Assembly: GCA_026996895.1 (NCBI GenBank)
Contig: JALWJX010000040.1
Span: 1-57,591, forward strand
Origin: Candidatus Kapaibacterium sp.
Lineage (GTDB): Bacteria; Bacteroidota; Ignavibacteria; Kapaibacteriales; WFXC01
Reading direction: 5' to 3'
Length of the DNA stretch: 57,591 nucleotides
In this document: piece by piece, positions 49,843-57,591 of the stretch
Layout of the letters: the number at the start of each line of letters is the position of its first letter
Position numbering within the stretch: the first letter of the stretch is position 1
Translations under genes and position numbers: made by a program
The notes under the pieces: model-generated
What the model saw: only the letters and a program-made list of their open reading frames with translations
Database searches by the model: none
What the model was told of the DNA's origin: nothing

Positions 49843-51618
49843 TCACAAATACACCCAGTACACAACCGCTGTTGTCAACAATGCTACGGCTAAATTTAGA
49901 GGCAAACCAACGCGGAGAAAATCGGAGAACCGATAATTTCCAGCACCATACACAATCAAATTGGTTTGATACCCAATAGGAGTAGCGAAACTGGCAGAAG
50001 CAGCAATGGCAACGACTAATGCCAGCGGTAACAGTGGTATGGCACTTTGAGCAGCAACGGAAGCGGCAATCGGAAATGCAATAGCTGCTGCTGCAACATT
50101 GGTCATCATTTCTGTCAGGACATTGGTCAACAAAAAGACGCCCAGAAGAATCAGCCACTGCTGTCCCGATTGCATTAGCGGCTGGAAAAGCTGCACAACT
50201 GCATCGTCAATACCAGCTCCATCGATTGCGGTACTGATGCCAAAAGCAGCACCAATGATGAGCAGCACACTCCAATCCACTGCATACTTAATTTCGCTCA
50301 ACGGCAGCGCTCCCACAAGCACGCTGGCAACGGCGGCAGCCGCCAGGGCAATGGGCAGACTCAACCAGCCACCAGCGACAACACCCAGCGCCAGCAACAG
50401 CAACCCTAAGGTCACATAGCCCCGGGATTGTGGTTTCACCGCCTCGCTTCTGGCTTCGCTGACCAGATAGAAATCTGGCGAATGATACCATTGTTCCAGA
50501 AAGCCTTTTGGGGCGACTAACAACAGCGTGTCGCCCGGCTGTAGTACCACATCGCCGATTTTTTGCCGAATCCGTTCCCCATTGCGATGAATCGCCAGAA
50601 TGGCGGCATTGTAGAGCGCCCGGAAACCACTCTCTCGAACTTTTTTCCCAATCAGGGGCGAAGTCGGAGAAATAACAACCTCAAAAACCCCTACTTGATC
50701 GGAATCATTCAGAGTCCACGGCAGTTTTGCTTCTGGCAACAATCGCAACCCCGGAATTTGCTGCAAATCCATAATCGTATCGGGCACGCCAGTAAAAAAG
50801 AGTCGATCCCCGACATACAGTCGCTCTGTTGGAGCCACTGGAGCAATGAGCAGCCCATCTCGCTCAATCTGAAACAGGAAAACTCCCTGAAGATGACGCA
50901 ACCCTGCTGCCTCCACACTTTTGCCCACAAAAGGAAATTGCGGCGTAATCTCTGCTTCGACCACAAACTCACGCACGTGTTGTTCCAGTTGCTGCATCGG
51001 CATTTGCCGCACCGGCAACCACCGAGGGGCGATAAAAGTCAGATACACCAATCCAAGAACAACGGCGGGAACACCAACGACGGCAAAAGTGAACAGAGAA
51101 AAAGATTCTGATGTTATGCTGGAAACATAGCCATCGACCAGCAGATTCGTACTGGTACCAATCAGGGTACACATTCCACCGAGGATTGCTGCATACGAGA
51201 GCGGGATCAAATAATGCGAGAGCGGCTTGCCATACCGACGCGCCCACTGTCGAAGTGGTGCCACCAGCGAGGTTACAACGACAGAATTACTCAGAAACGC
51301 CGAAAGGAGTGCTACCACCGGAAGAAAGCGCCAGAGCACATACGGGGTACTGCGTCCGGGACTTTGCAACACACGATAGCCGAACCACCGCAACATCCCT
51401 GTTGATTGTAACGCTGCACCAATGATAAACAAAGCACCGAGGGTCAGCAGGATCGGATGGGCAAATCCCTGCAATGCCTGCTCAACCGAAAGAACACCTC
51501 CAAAAATCAACGCCAGCAAAGCTCCAAAGATCAGTATTTCTGCTGGTGCCACCTCCCGGATCAAGGCTCCAACCAAAACAAGGAGCACAACCAGCGTAAA
51601 AACGAAGGGAAAATCCAT
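49843..51618 (-). CDS. SLC13/DASS permease with two TrkA-C domains (probable sulfate transporter)
   Basis: LIGTSTNL, FATPIGYQTN, central RCK-C repeats; co-transcribed with sat. Confidence 0.9.
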   Translation of the reverse strand: MDFPFVFTLVVLLVLVGALIREVAPAEILIFGALLALIFGGVLSVEQALQGFAHPILLTLGALFIIGAALQSTGMLRWFGYRVLQSPGRSTPYVLWRFLPVVALLSAFLSNSVVVTSLVAPLRQWARRYGKPLSHYLIPLSYAAILGGMCTLIGTSTNLLVDGYVSSITSESFSLFTFAVVGVPAVVLGLVYLTFIAPRWLPVRQMPMQQLEQHVREFVVEAEITPQFPFVGKSVEAAGLRHLQGVFLFQIERDGLLIAPVAPTERLYVGDRLFFTGVPDTIMDLQQIPGLRLLPEAKLPWTLNDSDQVGVFEVVISPTSPLIGKKVRESGFRALYNAAILAIHRNGERIRQKIGDVVLQPGDTLLLVAPKGFLEQWYHSPDFYLVSEARSEAVKPQSRGYVTLGLLLLALGVVAGGWLSLPIALAAAAVASVLVGALPLSEIKYAVDWSVLLIIGAAFGISTAIDGAGIDDAVVQLFQPLMQSGQQWLILLGVFLLTNVLTEMMTNVAAAAIAFPIAASVAAQSAIPLLPLALVVAIAASASFATPIGYQTNLIVYGAGNYRFSDFLRVGLPLNLAVALLTTAVVYWVYL

Positions 51619-51907
51619 ACTGAGTACGTTGCCTCATCTGTCCAAAATGTGCTGTGTAGACGAAAAAGCTCCAGATTCAAGGTTTCAAACGATGAGCGCT
51701 GCTCGAATGATCAGCCCCTGTGCCTATGGCTTCCGAAAGGGTCAGTTCCACTACGCAACGCCACTGACTATAGTGTACACTGGCTGCGCTTCCGACAAAC
51801 TTCGTGATCAACACGCCGGCTACCTGATAATTTTTTATTTCCCTTCTGGCACACCTTACAGCTCAGTAAGAAGAGGGCAGAACAAGCACACCAAGCACAA
51901 AGAAAAC

Positions 51908-51941
51908 AAAAAAAGGCGTCCTCCAGCCGCAGGAGGACGCC
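51908..51941 (-). terminator. Intrinsic terminator of the TonB-dependent receptor
   Basis: GGCGTCCTCC-N7-GGAGGACGCC followed by T7 on the minus strand. Confidence 0.85.
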
Positions 51942-51971
51942 CTATCTTACGCTCAATACCGAACGATCGCT

Positions 51972-54900
51972 TTAGAAGCTATACCGTGCGCCGATCTGGA
52001 TGCGCCATCGGGACAGCAGATTATCCTTACTGTACAATTCGTCGATGCTTTCATTCGCAGCAGGACCGCGATAGCGCACCTTCGGCTTATACACATCCCC
52101 ATCTTTCACATAGCCATCAAACTGGAGCAGTTGGTAGGACTGATACGGAATGTACTGCTGATGTCCCCAATCTGAATTGAGCAGATTGAGGAAGTTCAGC
52201 ACGTCCACAGTCAACTGGAAGCGATGGCGATCACCAAATAACTTTAGCTCCTGGATGACGCGCAGATCCAACTGATTGATCCACGGCTCTCGCATCGCAT
52301 TGCGATCGATAATTTTGCCGCGGTAATCTTTTAGATTCTGGAAGCGATCAATAAAGGCATTGAAGTTCGCCCAATCTTCATCGCTGATCTCAATTTCATC
52401 CTTAGAAGCAGGTACGTAGATCAGGTCGTTGTACCGACGTCCGTCTCCATTGGCATCACCGCGATAAATGAAGTTAAAGGGCCGCCCTGACCGCCCCTCA
52501 TACAGCAGCGAAATCGTGGTAGAACCGAAGTCATACGTAAAGGAATATCCCAGGTTCGCCACGATACGATGCCGAATCTCAAAGTCTGAGGTCGCCAGCG
52601 GAGGATTGTTGGGATCTCCTGGAACTTCGTTATACTGCCAGTTGGAAATCGCACGGCTGGATTGACCACTGTTGACATCCAGTGCTCGACCATAGGTATA
52701 GGCAACATACGACCGCAATCCGAAGTCAAATTCCTTTTCCAACTGCACGGTTACGTTGAATTGATATCCCTGATCGGTATTCTTCAGCAAGAGTACGTTA
52801 GTGAATCGACTATCGACCAGATCAGGATTTCCTGTGCCATAGCGGAAGTTCGAAATGTGTGAGAATACTGGTCGCCCATCGATGGTTTGAATCGTATCCA
52901 CCGGTCCCTTCAGGTTCAGATTTGCATATGCAATGTCGCTGAGAGTCTTGGAGTAAAGAATATCGATCGACCCTCGAATGTCCAGTGGCAGCATTTTATC
53001 TGCTCCAAGGTTCACCCGTAGCACCTGCGGCAGTTTGAAATCTGGATCGGTAATGTTAATCTCTGTTGTCGGGATTGGCGTCAACGTGGATTTGTCTTTT
53101 TTCCAGATTTCTGGATCAAAGGACGGAATGCCACTCCGTAGATCTACCCGTGCCAGATCCATCCCCGTGTTGCTGTACTGATTGGAAAGCCATACACCCG
53201 GCGTTCGTCCAGCAAACACCCCGATGCCGCCACGAACCACCATCTCTGCTTCTTCGGTCATATCGTAGTTAAACCCAAACCGGGGCGAAAACAGTAGATT
53301 CCCGCTGGGTACTTCATCGGTCCGATACTGCGGAAATGCCTCGTGGAAGTCGGGATTGTTCAGCGGCTTATCAAGGAAAATGGGCACGTCAACGCGCAGT
53401 CCCGCTGTAATTCGGAATTTGGGATTGACCTGCCATTCATCCTGTGCATACACCCCGGCTTGTAACATGCTCCACTCTGCCCGAGGCTTCGGATTATCCG
53501 ACAGCTTGGAATAGCTCAGGCTAAACCGGGAAGCAATACCATTGCGATAGTCATCCAGGGAGTAGAAATCCCAGCGCCCCCAGTAGTCCTGAATGAACAA
53601 GTTGCTAAAGCTCAAAAGCTCATTGTGGGTTCCGAAGGTCAAGGTATGAGCACCTAAGAAGTAAGTAAAGTTGTCGGTCAATTCCAATACATCCTGGTCT
53701 AATGCATTCGCTTGTGAAAATCGCTCACCACCGAACCGAACTGCACCCAAGAATTTCCCGGACGTATCGCGAAGCGAAACGGTAACCTGCGGGAACTCCT
53801 TCGCATTCGGATCTCGCTTGTCACGGATCATCAGATATGAAACCCGCAGCTCATTCGCCATATTATCGCCGATCACACTATTGAGCTGGAGTACGGTTTG
53901 ATTTTGCATACTCTTAAACACATAGCCACCACTTTCCAGCTGGAATGTACTTCCAGAACGATAGATTCCCCGATCCAGATTGGCATTCACGAAGTTATTC
54001 CGCAGCGTAAGCCGGTGGTCTTCACCCAGGTTCAAATCAAAGCGGGCAAACAATTTGATGTCTCCCGTTTCATTCTGGAATTCGTCGTAACCGCCGGGAT
54101 TGAAGTTGTACTGATTTTTGGTAATGTTAATGACCTCATCCACCATTGATTTGGGCGCTTCAAACCCATTTTCCACAATGATCGGATCGCCCAATGCTGG
54201 ACGGGGCTCCACCCGCTGGCGCATTTCTGCGTTGACAAAATAGAAGAGTTTATTGCGAATGATGGGACCGCCGATCCGGGCGCCAAAGACCAGATCCGTA
54301 TAATCGCTCAGTTTCTGTTTGGAAGTATCAGGACTGACGCCAACCAGATCCTGATTATTCCCATAAATGTAAGCGGCACCTGAAAGTTGATTGGTTCCGC
54401 CGCGGGTTACAATATTGATCAATCCACCGGTAAACACTCCCTGACGCACATCGAAAGGAGCAACAGAAATTTGCATCTGCTCAATTGCTTCAATACTAAT
54501 CGGCTGTGCGTTCGCCTGCCCACCCGGCGTTCCCGCATCCGGCAATCCGAACGGGTCATTGAGCACCGCTCCATCCACCTGGAAATTATTATACCGGTTG
54601 TTACGCCCGGCAATGCTAATGCCACCCAGGTTATCACTGGCTCCAATATTCGTTCCAACGGCCACCGGTGCCACCCGAGCATAATCCTGGATACTTCGCG
54701 TAACGGTTGGGATCATCTCCACTGTTTGCGGGTCTAACTGAATCGTTTCTCCACCCTGAGCGCCAAGACGCTCACCGACAACGGTAATACCCTTAACCTG
54801 AATGGCTTCGGTTTCCAGAGCAAAGTTAATCTCAAATGACTGTCCAGCCCGCAAATAAATACCGGAACGACTCAACGTTTTATACCCCGTACTTCGCACC

Positions 54901-55142
54901 GTTACTTTGTACGGCCCTCCAACTCGCAATCCGCTGATCAAGAAATAACCGTCAGGACGGGACACTGCGCCGTACTTCGTCCCCGTTGGAAGATGTTCCG
55001 CGACGATCGTTGCACCAGGAATGGGTTTTCCACCTTCCTGGTCAATGACTCGACCGCGAATTTCTGCGGTTGTCCGACCTTGTGCCCAGAGAAATGTTGG
55101 AAGGAAAAGAAGGAAGAGAACAGAAAGAACACCACGCCTCAT
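51972..55142 (-). CDS. TonB-dependent receptor, Oar-like, with carboxypeptidase-regulatory N-domain
   Basis: Signal peptide, GGPYKV, NNFQVDG, APFDVRQG, YAQDEW, SPRFGF, C-terminal QIGARYSF; start ATG 55142. Confidence 0.92.
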   Translation of the reverse strand: MRRGVLSVLFLLFLPTFLWAQGRTTAEIRGRVIDQEGGKPIPGATIVAEHLPTGTKYGAVSRPDGYFLISGLRVGGPYKVTVRSTGYKTLSRSGIYLRAGQSFEINFALETEAIQVKGITVVGERLGAQGGETIQLDPQTVEMIPTVTRSIQDYARVAPVAVGTNIGASDNLGGISIAGRNNRYNNFQVDGAVLNDPFGLPDAGTPGGQANAQPISIEAIEQMQISVAPFDVRQGVFTGGLINIVTRGGTNQLSGAAYIYGNNQDLVGVSPDTSKQKLSDYTDLVFGARIGGPIIRNKLFYFVNAEMRQRVEPRPALGDPIIVENGFEAPKSMVDEVINITKNQYNFNPGGYDEFQNETGDIKLFARFDLNLGEDHRLTLRNNFVNANLDRGIYRSGSTFQLESGGYVFKSMQNQTVLQLNSVIGDNMANELRVSYLMIRDKRDPNAKEFPQVTVSLRDTSGKFLGAVRFGGERFSQANALDQDVLELTDNFTYFLGAHTLTFGTHNELLSFSNLFIQDYWGRWDFYSLDDYRNGIASRFSLSYSKLSDNPKPRAEWSMLQAGVYAQDEWQVNPKFRITAGLRVDVPIFLDKPLNNPDFHEAFPQYRTDEVPSGNLLFSPRFGFNYDMTEEAEMVVRGGIGVFAGRTPGVWLSNQYSNTGMDLARVDLRSGIPSFDPEIWKKDKSTLTPIPTTEINITDPDFKLPQVLRVNLGADKMLPLDIRGSIDILYSKTLSDIAYANLNLKGPVDTIQTIDGRPVFSHISNFRYGTGNPDLVDSRFTNVLLLKNTDQGYQFNVTVQLEKEFDFGLRSYVAYTYGRALDVNSGQSSRAISNWQYNEVPGDPNNPPLATSDFEIRHRIVANLGYSFTYDFGSTTISLLYEGRSGRPFNFIYRGDANGDGRRYNDLIYVPASKDEIEISDEDWANFNAFIDRFQNLKDYRGKIIDRNAMREPWINQLDLRVIQELKLFGDRHRFQLTVDVLNFLNLLNSDWGHQQYIPYQSYQLLQFDGYVKDGDVYKPKVRYRGPAANESIDELYSKDNLLSRWRIQIGARYSF

Positions 55143-55205
55143 AAGCGCCTCCGCAGATTGTTTAACATAACCCCCGCAGCCCCATAGCTGCTCTTTGTAA
55201 GAATA

Positions 55206-55213
55206 CAAATTTA
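55206..55213 (-). promoter_or_regulatory. Bacteroidota-type -7 promoter box
   Basis: TAAATTTG on the minus strand upstream of the receptor gene. Confidence 0.5.
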
Positions 55214-55434
55214 TCGTTTTTGTACTAAATAACTGCCAAAAACAGCCTGCGTCTGTGCAGCCAATTCTGAGCAGGTAACAATATCTACAGGAATACTGAA
55301 CGCGACATCCCAGCGCAGCCCTCTGCGATAGCAACGTCACCTTTTTCTCTACTTCTCCAACAACCGCACTGCTCTATGGTTTCGATCGTTAGTGCACTTT
55401 CAACGCAGGTTCCAGAAAGCAGAGATGCGGGCAT

Positions 55435-55953
55435 ATGGAGCGATCTATTTTTCGCACGGGCTTGAGCTCCCCGGAAGAGTTTGCTCAACTCTCAGAAGCT
55501 GAAAAAGCCAATATTTTGTATGTTCTGGGACTGTTTGAACCGCAACGGCGGTTGCTGCGACACTTCCTTCGGCTGAGCTTTACCATTGCAGGCTTATTCT
55601 GGTTTGTCCTCTGGTTTCCACAATTAGCAGCGCTGGATCCGGAGCAGCTTGCACAATTTAAAGTGCAACAATACCAGCTCTATCTGGTCCTGTTGACTCT
55701 CTGGGGCATTGATCTTAAACGGCACTCGAAACGCCTGGCTTTCCTGCTTCGCCTCTCTGCCGTGCAAGGGAAGCGGTGGTATGAAGTGTCCGCTGTTGAA
55801 CTACGAAAAACACAGAAACTGAATCTTTTCGAGCTTCTATGGAAGCTTCCAGACAATCCCGATCGACGGATCTGGCACTTGCTTCTGCCTCACGGTCTCA
55901 TTCTTCTGACAATGGTGTTACTGGTGCTACAATTTCTCCTGCTGTTCCATTAA
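55435..55953 (+). CDS. Hypothetical membrane protein
   Basis: 172-aa ORF with three hydrophobic segments filling the gap between recognised genes. Confidence 0.6.
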   Translation: MERSIFRTGLSSPEEFAQLSEAEKANILYVLGLFEPQRRLLRHFLRLSFTIAGLFWFVLWFPQLAALDPEQLAQFKVQQYQLYLVLLTLWGIDLKRHSKRLAFLLRLSAVQGKRWYEVSAVELRKTQKLNLFELLWKLPDNPDRRIWHLLLPHGLILLTMVLLVLQFLLLFH

Positions 55954-56982
55954 CTCAGTACCTACTTCCCTGCGGTGCTCGGCTGCCTGCTGCTGATGTA
56001 ACAGCACCGGGCAAAATCGCTGTCCATTTTGAATGCAATCGCGGGGACACGGGACAGCATACAATCGCACAATGGCGGTAGGATACTGTTTCCGAATCGC
56101 CTGCTGAATGCGCTGCTCTGTCGCATACGCCTGCTCCAGTGGCATATCAAACGGCATTACAACATCCAGCTCCATAAAGAGATCCCGTCCAGACTGCCGC
56201 GTATGCAACTGACGGAATTCACAGATCTCGTGCAAATGCTCCACGATCACGGCAAGAACAGCAAGCTGAATGGATTCCGGGAGGGTACGATCCAGCAGTT
56301 GATTCAAAGCACTGCGCACGTGAGGCAGAATCAGGGCAATATTTAACAGCAGCAATGCAAGAGCAATCGTAAAGTCCAGCCATCTGGCAGCTTCGGTATA
56401 CCCATTCTGCGTTAGCCAATTCCCCACTATCAGGCTCACCAGTACTCCCGCTTCCGCATAGGCATCCAGTTTCCACAAATCGGCGTCATACGCCAGCAGT
56501 GGCATCCGATACCGCTCTGCATACCATCGCTGTAACTTGCTCAGGGCACCAAGCAGTACCAGGGAAAGGGCAGAGTAGATAATCAAGGGGACATACTGCG
56601 AGATAGGATGATAAACCTCAAAAGAGGAAAAAATTTCACCTCCTGCATAAAGGAGCGCAAAAGCCAGCAAAAGAGAATTGAGCAGAATACCCAGACTTTC
56701 ATACTTGCCATAGCCGTAATTATGAATTACATCCGGAGATCGGAAACTGTGTCGGAGTGCGGCTAAAAACAGAAGGGAAGTCAACACATCGGTTGCTGCC
56801 ACAATCCCATCACTTTGCACCGTAAGAGACCCGGTCCACAATCCCAGCGCAATGCCACCAACTGCTAACAGGAGTGTTACCAGTAAGCCAATGCGGGCGC
56901 CAAACAGTGGCGTATGAGGATCGAACCACTGCGAGAATCGGCGCAGCCATCGCCACCACCATCGGGTCAGCTTCCATTCCAT
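55927..56982 (-). CDS. Cation diffusion facilitator (FieF-like) with atypical metal sites
   Basis: [13 protein letters not shown] signature, 6 TM helices, RQSGR...MELDV dimerisation domain. Confidence 0.88.
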   Translation of the reverse strand: MEWKLTRWWWRWLRRFSQWFDPHTPLFGARIGLLVTLLLAVGGIALGLWTGSLTVQSDGIVAATDVLTSLLFLAALRHSFRSPDVIHNYGYGKYESLGILLNSLLLAFALLYAGGEIFSSFEVYHPISQYVPLIIYSALSLVLLGALSKLQRWYAERYRMPLLAYDADLWKLDAYAEAGVLVSLIVGNWLTQNGYTEAARWLDFTIALALLLLNIALILPHVRSALNQLLDRTLPESIQLAVLAVIVEHLHEICEFRQLHTRQSGRDLFMELDVVMPFDMPLEQAYATEQRIQQAIRKQYPTAIVRLYAVPCPRDCIQNGQRFCPVLLHQQQAAEHRREVGTELMEQQEKL

Positions 56983-57591
56983 CGATCTTCTACCGGTTGC
57001 TGCTCCAGTCGCTTCTGGAAGTACTCAATGGTCCGTCGCAATCCTTCTTTGCGATCTATCCGGGGTTCCCAGTCCAACAACTCCCGCGCACGGGTAATAT
57101 CTGGCTGCCGCACCTTGGGATCATCTTCTGGCAGTGGTTTGTATACAATGGAACTGGAGGAATGGCAGAGCTGGATAATTTCCTCTGCCAGCGCAGCGAT
57201 AGAAATTTCATCTGGATTCCCCAAATTGACCGGTTCAACGACATTGGAAAAGAGCAAACGAACAATTCCCTCAATGAGATCATCCACATAGCAGATCGAC
57301 CGGGTTTGCGATCCATCTCCAAAAACCGTTACGGGTTCATTCTGCAATGCCTGCGTGATGAACGTCGGAATAGCGCGTCCATCATCAATACGCATTCGTG
57401 GTCCATAGGTATTAAAAATCCGGGCAATGCGGGTATCCAATCCGTGGTAGCGATGGTACGCCATTGTCATTGCTTCTGCGAACCGCTTCGCTTCATCATA
57501 CACCCCGCGAACACCGATGGGGTTCACATTCCCCCAGTAATCCTCGGGCTGCGGGTGCACCAGCGGATCACCATAGACCTGGCTGGTACTT
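56967..57591 (-). CDS. UDP-glucuronate decarboxylase-like SDR, 5' truncated by the window edge
   Basis: [50 protein letters not shown]. Confidence 0.9.
   Translation of the reverse strand, partial: STSQVYGDPLVHPQPEDYWGNVNPIGVRGVYDEAKRFAEAMTMAYHRYHGLDTRIARIFNTYGPRMRIDDGRAIPTFITQALQNEPVTVFGDGSQTRSICYVDDLIEGIVRLLFSNVVEPVNLGNPDEISIAALAEEIIQLCHSSSSIVYKPLPEDDPKVRQPDITRARELLDWEPRIDRKEGLRRTIEYFQKRLEQQPVEDRWNGS

Noticed and set aside
49826-50158. Cys-rich N-terminal extension of Sat
   Set aside because: Alternative-frame read of the SLC13 gene 3' end; the true start with SD is at 49825
51619-51835. SAM-I riboswitch upstream of SLC13-sat
   Set aside because: TTATC...GATGAG ends are present on the minus strand, but the conserved core (GAGGGA, GGCCC, GCAACC) is missing
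216-57322. Numerous short overlapping ORFs in the six-frame track
   Set aside because: They are antisense or alternative-frame shadows of recognised genes and have no motifs

Overview
A 57.6 kb chromosomal segment from a diderm bacterium, most likely of the Bacteroidota/Chlorobi/Ignavibacteria (FCB) group and possibly Kapabacteria-like. This placement is inferred from TAnnTTTG promoter boxes, several type IX secretion (T9SS) C-terminal signals and an Oar-type TonB-dependent receptor. Most of the window is housekeeping: uvrA, purF, queF/queD, gltX, ade, dnaX, bcp, upp, cbpA/cbpM, tRNA-His, pepA, nadC, tatC, a polyprenyl synthase and sat. Accessory content comprises (i) a 1988-aa T9SS adhesin-like protein followed by a barrel + double OmpA-C protein; (ii) a T9SS thermolysin-family protease preceded by a small lipoprotein resembling emfourin-type inhibitors; (iii) a cytochrome c-FTR1 iron permease beside tRNA-His; (iv) a stand-alone flagellin with a sigma28 promoter and CsrA-type leader; (v) a trypsin-coiled-coil-barrel protein; and (vi) an AT-rich methyltransferase/frameshifted-nuclease island. 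The most unusual item is an intact TatD nuclease reading in frame through an internal Sec signal peptide into an outer-membrane beta-barrel. Four intergenic regions also hold unrelated direct-repeat pairs with a 65-67 nt period. All calls come from reading motifs by eye. No searches were run, and several start codons were re-assigned from the supplied ORF track.
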